Under the pieces are notes generated by a model that was given only the letters and a program-made list of their open reading frames with translations, had not been told where the DNA came from and did not search any database. DNA of 64,000 nucleotides, from contig CAWJLM010000005.1 of the NCBI GenBank assembly GCA_963843725.1, forward strand, positions 20,124 through 84,123. Direction: 5' to 3'. Origin of the DNA: an uncultured Acidobacteriaceae bacterium. Lineage in GTDB: Bacteria; Acidobacteriota; Terriglobia; Terriglobales; Acidobacteriaceae. The position numbers and the translations under genes were made by a program. Shown here one piece after another: positions 27,243 through 35,264 of this stretch (positions are counted from its first letter, which is position 1; each line of letters opens with the position of its first letter).

Positions 27243-29498
27243 ATGCTTCTGCAACGCAGACTTGGTTTCGTTTTTTTGTGGATCTTATTAGGGACGAATA
27301 CATGGGTTGTCGCCCAGTCCTCCAACTCCGCAGCAGCGCCGGCTAATACCACGAATCAGGGGCAGCCAGCCAAGACGAAATATCCCTCCATCGGTTTGGT
27401 GCTGCAAGGCGGCGGAGCTCTCGGCCTGGCTCACGTCGGCGTCATCACCTGGATGGAAGAACATCATATTCCGATCAATTACATCGCCGGCACCAGCATG
27501 GGCGGTTTGGTCGGCGGCGTTTATGCCACCGGGCACAATGCCGCCGAGATGCGTCAGATCGTGAATGGCATCCCCTGGGATGAAGTGATGGCGGGACAGA
27601 CACCTTTCAACGACCTCGCATTCCGCCGCAAGGAGGACGCCCGCGATTATCCCAACAGCCTGGAGTTTGGACTGCGCAAGGGAGTGCAGTTTCCCGAGGG
27701 CTTTAATTCCGGCCAACAGGTCTCGCTGGTGCTCGACAAGATTGCGGCGCCCTACTCCGAGATCAAGAGCTTCAACGATCTCCCCACTCCCTTCGCTTGC
27801 GTAGCCACCGACCTGGTCACCGAAAAGCCCAAGGTTTTCCGCAGCGGATCGTTGTCGCTGGCTCTGCGGTCGACCATGTCGCTGCCCGGAATCTTTACTC
27901 CCGTCCGCACCAAAGACGCTATCTACGCTGACGGCGGATTGCTCAATAACATTCCGGTCAATGTGGCCAAAGAGATGGGCGCAGATCTGACGGTGGCGAT
28001 TCACCTGTCGGAAGCGCAGTTGCTTCCCAACGCGAATCTGTCCACCTTCTCGGTCCTCGGGCAATCGTTGTCGGTCATGATTTCTGCCAACGAACTGCAG
28101 AACATGGAAAACGCCGACATCCTGGTCTCCGTACCGGTGCAGAAATGGGGCGCGTTAAGTTTCGACGATGCTGACGCCATCATTAAGGCCGGATACGACG
28201 CCGCGGAAGCGAAGTCCAAAGTGCTCTTGACCCTCCGGGTCGATGACGCCACCTGGAACCAATATCTGGCCGATCGCGCCTCCCGGCGCCGCCAGGATCC
28301 GGTTCCCATGTTCATAGCCGTGGACGGCGTGAATGCGGATCTTTCACGGAAGGTGGAACAGCAAATGGCCGGCTTGATCGGCAAGCCGCTCAACTCCGAT
28401 CAACTGGACCAGGCCATCATGCGGCTGAAAGGCTTTGGCCGATTTTCCGTGCTCAGCTATTCCTTCGAGGAGAAGGACGGACAGCAGGGCATCCTGGTCA
28501 AGACCGAAGAAAATTCCTTCGGCCCGCCCATCGTTCGGCCGCTCATCCTCATCGACGGATCCAGTTTGAAAAACGTTACTCTCGACATGGGAGCGCGAAT
28601 CACCTTTCTCGACTTTGGCGGCTTCCGTTCGGAATGGCGCACCGACTTCGTTGTGTTCTCCGACTATGGCCTGAATTCAGAGTATTACCATCCCTTCACT
28701 CCCCTCACTCACTGGTTCGTTGCCCCCCGGGTACTGGCCGATAACAATCCCCTCTACCTGTACGACAACAATCAACTGACCGCCATCTATCGGCGCACCA
28801 CCCTGGGCGGCGGTTTCGACGTGGGATATCAGTTCAGCAACATCGGGGAACTGCGCGCCGGCTATGAAGGTGGCTGGCAGCGCTTCGACCGCCAAATCGG
28901 AAACCCGAACGAGTTGGAGAGTTTCTCCGGTGGCTACGGTACCAGCAGGCTCCAATACCGGCTCGATCGCCTCGACGATCCGGTCATCCCGCGCGCGGGA
29001 GAAAGCTTCCAGGGTGATTTTTACTGGTACAACGCCAGTCCGGAAGCCCCTAAACCGTATCCCGTGCTCGAAGGCCAGGGCGAGATCTTCCACCGGCTGA
29101 ACGAGCCTTCCTCGGTTTTTCTGAGTGGCAGCACCGGCACCACGTTCAACTACGAAACCGGCCTCCCGCAATTCTCCCTGGGAGGTTCCCGCGAGCTGGT
29201 GGCCTACGGAACCAACGAGCTGCTGATGAACAAGTACTTCCTCTTCCAGCTGGGATATATACGGCAAATGGCAAAGCTGCCACCACTGCTCGGAAGCGGA
29301 ATTTATTTCCTGGGTATCTATGAGGCCGCCCAGGTTTATGGCCCACCGCACACCATGGTGAATAAGGCCTCAGGCTTTCCCACCGACGCCGCGGCTGCCC
29401 TGGTGGTTAATACCATCTTCGGGCCGGTGGAGGCAGCCTATGCCTATGGCGACACTGGCCACCATAAATTCTTCTTCCGTGTGGGACGGTTGTTTTGA
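27243..29498 (+). CDS. Patatin-like phospholipase fused to a POTRA/Omp85-type beta-barrel (PlpD-like, type Vd secretion architecture)
   Basis: Oxyanion GGGALGLAHVGV, nucleophile GTSMGG and catalytic Asp ADGGLLNNIPV. The C-terminal roughly 350 aa is beta-rich and ends FFFRVGRLF. Confidence 0.85.
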   Translation: MLLQRRLGFVFLWILLGTNTWVVAQSSNSAAAPANTTNQGQPAKTKYPSIGLVLQGGGALGLAHVGVITWMEEHHIPINYIAGTSMGGLVGGVYATGHNAAEMRQIVNGIPWDEVMAGQTPFNDLAFRRKEDARDYPNSLEFGLRKGVQFPEGFNSGQQVSLVLDKIAAPYSEIKSFNDLPTPFACVATDLVTEKPKVFRSGSLSLALRSTMSLPGIFTPVRTKDAIYADGGLLNNIPVNVAKEMGADLTVAIHLSEAQLLPNANLSTFSVLGQSLSVMISANELQNMENADILVSVPVQKWGALSFDDADAIIKAGYDAAEAKSKVLLTLRVDDATWNQYLADRASRRRQDPVPMFIAVDGVNADLSRKVEQQMAGLIGKPLNSDQLDQAIMRLKGFGRFSVLSYSFEEKDGQQGILVKTEENSFGPPIVRPLILIDGSSLKNVTLDMGARITFLDFGGFRSEWRTDFVVFSDYGLNSEYYHPFTPLTHWFVAPRVLADNNPLYLYDNNQLTAIYRRTTLGGGFDVGYQFSNIGELRAGYEGGWQRFDRQIGNPNELESFSGGYGTSRLQYRLDRLDDPVIPRAGESFQGDFYWYNASPEAPKPYPVLEGQGEIFHRLNEPSSVFLSGSTGTTFNYETGLPQFSLGGSRELVAYGTNELLMNKYFLFQLGYIRQMAKLPPLLGSGIYFLGIYEAAQVYGPPHTMVNKASGFPTDAAAALVVNTIFGPVEAAYAYGDTGHHKFFFRVGRLF

Positions 29499-29671
29499 GA
29501 CGATGGAAACCCTAAGAATGCCGACCCTGGCCTGAGCGAAAGTCGCGCGCCGGCAAAGGCTTGCCGGGACGTCCGGTAGCGTCAATTTACCTGTTTGCAA
29601 ACAGGACGTTTCGAGCGAAAATGCAGCTACGCTTTTCGGCATACCCAAGAGGCTGCTCCGACTTAGCTCCC

Positions 29672-30039
29672 GGGAAACTCTGATTAAGTCTGCTATTGCA
29701 AGGGCGGCTCTGAGGTTGAAGGGGGCAGCTCTGAGGTCGAAGGGGACGGCTCTGAGGTCGAAGGGGACGGCTCTGAGGTCGAAGGGGCGGCTCTGAGGTC
29801 GAAGGGGCGGCTCCGAGGTTGAAGGTGCGGCTCCGAGGTTGAAGGGGCCGGCTCCGAGGTTGAAGGGGCGGCTCTGAGGTTGAAGGGGCGGCTCTGAGGT
29901 TGAAGGGGCGGCTCTGAGGTTGAAGGGGCGGCTCCGAGATCGGAAGGGGACGGCCTTTAGGCCGTCCGAAAAAGCCGCCTAATCATTGCGGCTTTAGCCG
30001 CTGAGGGACCTCGCCATGACTCGATCAGAAGCGTCCCCA
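29672..30039. mobile_element. MITE-like element (GGGAAACTCTGATTAAG end family), internally expanded
   Basis: The left end GGGAAACTCTGATTAAGTC is the same as at 51263. The right part GCGGCTTTAGCCGCTGAGGGACCTCGCCATGACTCGATCAGAAGCGTCCCC parallels 51351..51400, and its right end is degenerate. The interior contains the tandem array 29698..29941. Confidence 0.65.
29698..29941. repeat. Tandem repeat, 12 copies of a 20-21-nt unit GAAGGGG(A)CGGCTC(T/C)GAGGT(T/C)
   Basis: Copies counted directly. Variants cluster in runs (GAGGTC copies 2-5, CCGAGGTT copies 6-8, CTGAGGTT copies 9-11). The array ends in an intact hairpin unit GGAAGGGGACGGCCTTTAGGCCGTCC. Confidence 0.9.
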
Positions 30040-30056
30040 GGTGAAGGGCCCTCGTC

Positions 30057-31841
30057 ATGCTACGGCTGATTCGTGAATTAATTCGCCCCTACCGTTTCAA
30101 GCTCTTCATTATCCTGCTGGCCATGCTGGTGGAGACAGCCATGAGTCTCGCCAGTCCGTGGCCGTTGAAAGTCATCATCGACAACGTGGTCGGCAACCAC
30201 AAACTGCCGCATGGCCTGGACGAAATTGTCCGCCCTATGTTGGATCATGGCGCTAAGTTGCAGGTCGCCGGGCTGGCGGCTCTGGCTTTCATTCTGATCG
30301 CGCTGCTAGGTGCGGTGGCCAGCTACATCGACAACTACTTTACCGAGAGCGTTGGCCAGTGGGTGGCGCACGACCTGCGCATGCGGACCTATCATCACCT
30401 GCAACGCCTGTCGCTGGGCTACTACGATACCCACCAGACCGGCAGTCTGCTCAGCACCATCACCACCGATATCGAGACCATCCAGGATTTCGCCTCGTCG
30501 TCAACTCTCGACATCCTGATCGATCTGCTGACCATCGTCTCCATGCTCGGCCTGATGTTCTGGCTGAACTGGGATTTCACCCTGATCGCCGTCGCCGTCA
30601 CTCCGTTCCTGCTTTTCTTCATTTCCCGCTTCAAGAAGGCGGTGAAGAAAGCCACGCATCAGGTTCGCAAAGAAGAGTCTGAAATCGTTGCGGTGGTTCA
30701 GCAGGGACTGGAGTCGATGCAGGTGATCGAGGCCTTCGGCCGTCAGGACATGGAGCAGGAAGCGCTGAACCAGGTCAGCCACGCCACGGTCAGCGCCGCC
30801 TTGTCGGCCCGGAAAGTGAAATCGCTGCTCTCGCCTATCGTCACCATTACGGTTGCGTTCTGTACCGCCATCGTGTTGTGGCGCGGCGCCTCGCTGATCC
30901 TGCGGGATGTGATGACGGTCGGCGCCCTTACCGTTTATCTCTCCTACCTCACCAAGTTCTTCAAGCCGGTGAAGGACCTGGCAACCACCACCAATGCGAT
31001 CGCCCAGGCCGCCGTGGGCGTCGAACGTGTGCAGGCCATACTGCAAACCGACACCATCTTGCCGGAGCGTGACGACGCTGCCTCACCACGCTTCCTGAAG
31101 GGCGAAATTGTTTTCGAGCATGTCGCCTTCGGCTACAGTGCCGATACTCCGGTGCTGACCGATGTCAGCTTCACGATTGAGCCCGGACAAATGGTGGGCG
31201 TGGTTGGTCCGACCGGCAGCGGGAAATCGACGGTGGTCAGTCTGATTCCGCGCTTCTACGATCCCACCGGCGGCGTCGTCAAGATCGATGGCCGGGATGT
31301 TCGCGATTACAAGGTGAACCCGTTGCGCGAGCAGATCGGCTACGTCTTGCAAGACACGGTGCTCTTCCGGGGCACGATCCTGGAGAACATTGCTTTTGGC
31401 CGTCCTGACGCCACGCGCGACGAGATTATCGCCGCAGCTCAACTAGCGAATGCCGACGAGTTCATCGCGCACATGCCCAAGGGCTACGACACCATGGTTG
31501 GGGAGCGCGGTTCCACTCTTTCCGGAGGTCAGCGCCAGCGCATCGGAATCGCCCGCGTCATGGTGCGCAATAGTCCCATCCTGCTGCTCGACGAACCCAC
31601 TGCCGCACTCGACAGCGAATCGGAGAAGGCGGTGATCGAGGCCCTGGAGCGGCTGATGAAGGGTCGTACCGTAATCACCATTGCTCATCGTCTGAGCACC
31701 ATCCGCGATGCCGACAAGATCATCGTGATCAGCGGCGGAGTGGTCGCCGAAAGCGGCAATCACGACCAACTGATGGCCTTGAACGGAATCTACGCCGATC
31801 TGCATCGCACCCAGTTTGACGCGGCCTCGGCGAAAGCTTGA
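30057..31841 (+). CDS. ABC exporter, fused permease/ATPase (MsbA/ABCB-like)
   Basis: Six-TM ABC_membrane half. Walker A GPTGSGKST, signature LSGGQRQRIGIAR, Walker B ILLLDEPTAALD and H-loop ITIAHRLST. Confidence 0.9.
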   Translation: MLRLIRELIRPYRFKLFIILLAMLVETAMSLASPWPLKVIIDNVVGNHKLPHGLDEIVRPMLDHGAKLQVAGLAALAFILIALLGAVASYIDNYFTESVGQWVAHDLRMRTYHHLQRLSLGYYDTHQTGSLLSTITTDIETIQDFASSSTLDILIDLLTIVSMLGLMFWLNWDFTLIAVAVTPFLLFFISRFKKAVKKATHQVRKEESEIVAVVQQGLESMQVIEAFGRQDMEQEALNQVSHATVSAALSARKVKSLLSPIVTITVAFCTAIVLWRGASLILRDVMTVGALTVYLSYLTKFFKPVKDLATTTNAIAQAAVGVERVQAILQTDTILPERDDAASPRFLKGEIVFEHVAFGYSADTPVLTDVSFTIEPGQMVGVVGPTGSGKSTVVSLIPRFYDPTGGVVKIDGRDVRDYKVNPLREQIGYVLQDTVLFRGTILENIAFGRPDATRDEIIAAAQLANADEFIAHMPKGYDTMVGERGSTLSGGQRQRIGIARVMVRNSPILLLDEPTAALDSESEKAVIEALERLMKGRTVITIAHRLSTIRDADKIIVISGGVVAESGNHDQLMALNGIYADLHRTQFDAASAKA

Positions 31842-31910
31842 TCATGATTCACTTCGGTTCGCAGCGCAGCGGAAAAAATCGGTGACAGCAGGCTGCCGAG
31901 GAAACTGATT

Positions 31911-32903
31911 ATGTCCCGTTATCTTGTGGTATTGCCCGACGATTCGGCGCAGCCGATCCTGGAAGCGATCGATCATGCCCAGAAATCTCTGCAGATCAAG
32001 ATGTTCGTCTTCTCGGCTCCCCGGCTTTTGCACGCCGTGATCGCGGCGCACCGGCGAGGCGTGAAGGTCCAGGTTATGCTCAACCCCACCCGCCGCAGCG
32101 GGGAGAAGGAAAATGATGAGACGCGAAAAATTTTGACTGACGCTGCCGTCGAAGTGCGCGACAGCAATCCCACCTTTGACGTGACTCACGAAAAGTCGAT
32201 GGTGGCTGACGGCAAGCTGGCCTTCATTCAGTCGCTCAACTGGGAGATCAAGAATCTTACCGAAACCCGGGATTACGCGGTGGTGACCACCCATGCGCAC
32301 GAAGTGTGCGAGGTCATGGCCGGTTTCGACGCCGACTGGAACCGCCAGGCCTTCAATCCCGGCGAACATTCTCACTTAATCTGGTGCATCGGCAACGGAC
32401 GCCAGCGGATCGGCCAGTTCATCGATGAGGCCAAGCATTCTCTCTGGGTGCAGAATGAGCGCTATCAGGATCCGGTCATTATTGAGCGGCTGGTAAGGGC
32501 CAAGGGCCGCGGCGTGAAGGTGCATGTGCTGGCCCGGCCGCCGCATAAGCTGAAGAAGGAAAAACTGGTGGAAGCGGTTGGCGGCATGCGCATCATGGAT
32601 GATGTCGGAATCAAGGTGCACAAGCTCAAAGGCCTGAAGCTGCACGCCAAACTGCTTTTCGCCGACGGCGTTCGGGCCATTATCGGATCGATCAATCTGG
32701 CGCCCGGCAGCTTCGACAGCCGTCGCGAGCTGGCTATCGAGGTGCGGGACCAGGAAGTGATGGATCGGCTGCATACCGTGGTTCATCGCGACTGGGAAAA
32801 CTCGCGTCCGCTGGATTTGACTGACGATGGCTTGATGGCCGAGCTGGAAGATCACGATGCCAACGTTGCCGAGGATCTGGCGCTCGGCGAAAGCGGGAGC
32901 TGA
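31911..32903 (+). CDS. Phospholipase D-family protein with two HKD motifs, no TM or signal peptide
   Basis: HKD-1 is THEKSMVADGKLAFIQSLN and HKD-2 is KLHAKLLFADGVRAIIGSINL. The protein is 330 aa. Confidence 0.8.
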   Translation: MSRYLVVLPDDSAQPILEAIDHAQKSLQIKMFVFSAPRLLHAVIAAHRRGVKVQVMLNPTRRSGEKENDETRKILTDAAVEVRDSNPTFDVTHEKSMVADGKLAFIQSLNWEIKNLTETRDYAVVTTHAHEVCEVMAGFDADWNRQAFNPGEHSHLIWCIGNGRQRIGQFIDEAKHSLWVQNERYQDPVIIERLVRAKGRGVKVHVLARPPHKLKKEKLVEAVGGMRIMDDVGIKVHKLKGLKLHAKLLFADGVRAIIGSINLAPGSFDSRRELAIEVRDQEVMDRLHTVVHRDWENSRPLDLTDDGLMAELEDHDANVAEDLALGESGS

Positions 32904-32920
32904 TTGTGCCATCGTACCGG

Positions 32921-33180
32921 CGCCTTGAAGGGGCACGACTTCAGCCGTGCCGCATGCGGCATCAAGCTGTCGGGCTTGAGTCCCCTGAGGGAAATGGTCT
33001 ACACCTTACTCTGAGAATTAGACCCGGGAGAGCCAGCTTGAGGCTGGCGTTAAAATCCTATTACGTCGATCTACAGCGGTTTCACAAGTGTGCTCCTTCC
33101 AGCGCCTTGAAAGGGCACGGCTTCAGCCGTGCCGCACGCGGCATTCAACCCGTCGGGCTTTAGCCCCTGAGGGAACTTGT
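32921..33180. repeat. Two direct copies (32921..32998 and 33103..33180) of a roughly 78-nt two-hairpin module
   Basis: Copy 1 is GCCTTGAAGGGGCACGACTTCAGCCGTGCCGCATGCGGCATCAAGCTGTCGGGCTTGAGTCCCCTGAGGGAAATGGTC. Copy 2 is GCCTTGAAAGGGCACGGCTTCAGCCGTGCCGCACGCGGCATTCAACCCGTCGGGCTTTAGCCCCTGAGGGAACTTGTC. Confidence 0.85.
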
Positions 33181-33200
33181 CCTGCACCTCGCCTGAAAAT

Positions 33201-33352
33201 GCTCTAGCAGTTTGCTGAAAAACTCTCCGCAGCGCTCCGTTCGGGTAGAGCGACGCTTCAGCGTCGCGTCCAAGTCCTTTATTTTTGTCATCACGAGCCG
33301 GCTTCAGCCGGCGAGGGATCTGCTCTTTTGCGTTTTTCAGCAAACTGCTAGA
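33201..33352. mobile_element. 152-bp MITE-like element with perfect 22-bp terminal inverted repeats
   Basis: CTCTAGCAGTTTGCTGAAAAAC (33201..33222) and GTTTTTCAGCAAACTGCTAGAG (33331..33352) are exact reverse complements. The cargo is GCGACGCTTCAGCGTCGC plus TGTCATCACGAGCCGGCTTCAGCCGGCGAGGGATCTGC. A degenerate relative lies at about 48560..48756. Confidence 0.8.
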
Positions 33353-33620
33353 GCTGAGGCGGCCTTCCGCGTCTGGGTGAGAACTCAGATTTGAAAAGGC
33401 GCGCTGGTATGAAGCCACAGCTTGCGCGCCAATCAACGAGCGCCGCAGGCGCCAAAGAGTTTAGCCCAGCGCTTCAGCGCTGGGTAGGTGAAAAAAGAGC
33501 CCGAGTCCCGTAGGGACGACAGGATTCTTACGCAGACCCTTCAGGCCGAAGGCCGATATCGCGCCGATACGGCACAGGTAGCGCGCCAGCCTTCCAGTGG
33601 CGTTCGAGATCGCAAAAAGG

Positions 33621-33662
33621 TTAAGGCTCCACGGTCATTTTGAAATGACCGTGGAGCCTTAA
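33621..33662. terminator. Perfect 20-bp-stem hairpin downstream of the small ORF 33725..33847(-)
   Basis: TTAAGGCTCCACGGTCATTT-TG-AAATGACCGTGGAGCCTTAA. It lies 63 nt after the minus-strand stop. There is no clear U-tract, so function as a terminator is inferred. Confidence 0.5.
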
Positions 33663-33724
33663 GCAATTACTTCCAGCGCTGAAACGCCACTCTACTCGTA
33701 ATCCTAAAGCCGCCCCAGCCCGAC

Positions 33725-33847
33725 CTACATGTTGCTCATTTTGATGTAGCGGCCCATGTCCGGAAGGGACGTTAACACCAGATATCCTGCCACCAACAGC
33801 CCAGCAATGCCCATAATATTTCTTGCCGTCAGAAATGTCTTCTTCAT
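33725..33847 (-). CDS. Tiny single-TM protein (40 aa) with C-terminal LPDMGRYIKMSNM; paralog of 45011..45226
   Basis: The internal ATG at 33847 (MKKTFLTARNIMGIAGLLVAGYLVLTSLPDMGRYIKMSNM) has GGAGGTG 13 nt upstream. It shares a TM helix and the terminal motif with 45011..45226. Confidence 0.55.
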   Translation of the reverse strand: MKKTFLTARNIMGIAGLLVAGYLVLTSLPDMGRYIKMSNM

Positions 33848-34151
33848 AAAGATCCCCACACCTCCAGCTACATAGGATGACATCTGGACCAAAAGGGAGA
33901 CCTGCTGATTCCAGCTAAAGCTCAATTTGTTTTGCTTTCTGCTGGTTGGTTGCCGGGGTTCTTCGCCAGATCTGCTGTACAGAATTCAGTTTCCTGCGCT
34001 GCTTTCGAGCTCGAACAGGGTACAATACGCGCGTCCTGCGCGGTTTCGAATCGATTGCGATAACCAAGCATTTTTCGGGGCGGGCATTCTTTCTAGAGAA
34101 GCTCTCGAGATTTCCGCTGGTCCGCGCTATCGGTCTAAGGGGCGTTGGTGA

Positions 34152-35243
34152 ATGGGGGAACGGGAAAGCAAGAACGGAAGCTCCAAGAACGGCCGCCCCG
34201 CAAACATTGAGGAGATCGATGTGCTCTGGGTGACGGCTGGTTTGGGATGCGACGGCGATACCATCGCCATGACCGCTGCCACCCAGCCCAGTATTGAGGA
34301 CATCGTGCTGGGCGGAATTCCCTGGATACCGAAAGTCAATTTTCACAATCCGTTTCTGGCTGCGGCCAACGGTGACGACTTCCTCGAGCCCTTTCATCGG
34401 GCAGCCAAAGGAAAGCTGGCGCCTTTCATTCTCGTAGTCGAAGGTTCCATTCCCGACGAGACCAACAAGAAAGAAGGTTACTGGGCCGCGATGGGGACGG
34501 ACGCGGTTACCGGTCAACCCATCCTCACTTGCGATTGGATTGATCGCCTGGCGCCGCGCGCCTGGGCCGTCGTCGCTGCCGGAACCTGCGCCACTTATGG
34601 CGGCATTCATGCCATGCAGGGAAATCCTACCGGAGCCATGGGCCTGGCCGATTATCTGGGCTGGAGTTGGAAATCGAGCGCCGATATTCCCATCGTTTGT
34701 GTGCCCGGCTGTCCGGTCCAGCCCGACAACATGACCGAGACCCTGCTCTACCTTTTTTATATGGCGGCGGGACGCGCTCCCATGATTCCGCTCGATCAGC
34801 AGTTGCGCCCCACCTGGCTGTTTGGACAAACCGTACATGAAGGCTGTGACCGCGGAGGTTATTACGAGCAGGCCGATTTTGCCGACTCCTACGGGTCGCC
34901 GCTGTGCATCGTCAAGCTGGGATGCTGGGGACCGGTGGTGCAGTGCAACGTCGGCAAGCGAGGCTGGATGGGCGGCATAGGCGGCTGTCCGAACGTCGGC
35001 GGCATTTGTATCGGTTGCACCATGCCGGGATTTCCCGACAAGTTTATGCCCTTCATGAATCAGCCGCCGGGTTCGTTGTTATCGGCCAGTGCGGTGCAGA
35101 CTTACGGCAAAGCCATTCACGCCTTGCGCAGATTCACCCAAACCTCGCTCAACCAGGAACCCAGTTGGCGACGCCGTCGCGAGATCAACAAAAATGATAA
35201 AGTGGTTCGCCATAAGCCGCAGGCCGCGGACGGGCAGAAGTGA
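34152..35243 (+). CDS. [NiFe]-hydrogenase small-subunit paralog (HhyS-like) without an adjacent large subunit
   Basis: 363 aa. It is collinear with 38203..39270 (about 70% identity by eye) and all Cys blocks are conserved: GLGCDGD, GTCATYGG, VPGCPVQPD, HEGCDR, CIVKLGCWGPVVQCNV and GGCPNVGGICIGCTMPGFPD. No Tat motif. The C-terminal tail is divergent. Confidence 0.85.
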   Translation: MGERESKNGSSKNGRPANIEEIDVLWVTAGLGCDGDTIAMTAATQPSIEDIVLGGIPWIPKVNFHNPFLAAANGDDFLEPFHRAAKGKLAPFILVVEGSIPDETNKKEGYWAAMGTDAVTGQPILTCDWIDRLAPRAWAVVAAGTCATYGGIHAMQGNPTGAMGLADYLGWSWKSSADIPIVCVPGCPVQPDNMTETLLYLFYMAAGRAPMIPLDQQLRPTWLFGQTVHEGCDRGGYYEQADFADSYGSPLCIVKLGCWGPVVQCNVGKRGWMGGIGGCPNVGGICIGCTMPGFPDKFMPFMNQPPGSLLSASAVQTYGKAIHALRRFTQTSLNQEPSWRRRREINKNDKVVRHKPQAADGQK

Positions 35244-35264
35244 CGCGCCAGCGTGAGGTGAAGC

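Noticed and set aside
29698-29941. Regularly spaced 20-21-nt repeats, and the 14-nt array at 6633..6728, considered as possible CRISPR arrays.
   Set aside because: The repeats are directly abutting with no unique spacers. The units are shorter than CRISPR repeats. No cas genes or leader are present. These are plain tandem repeats.
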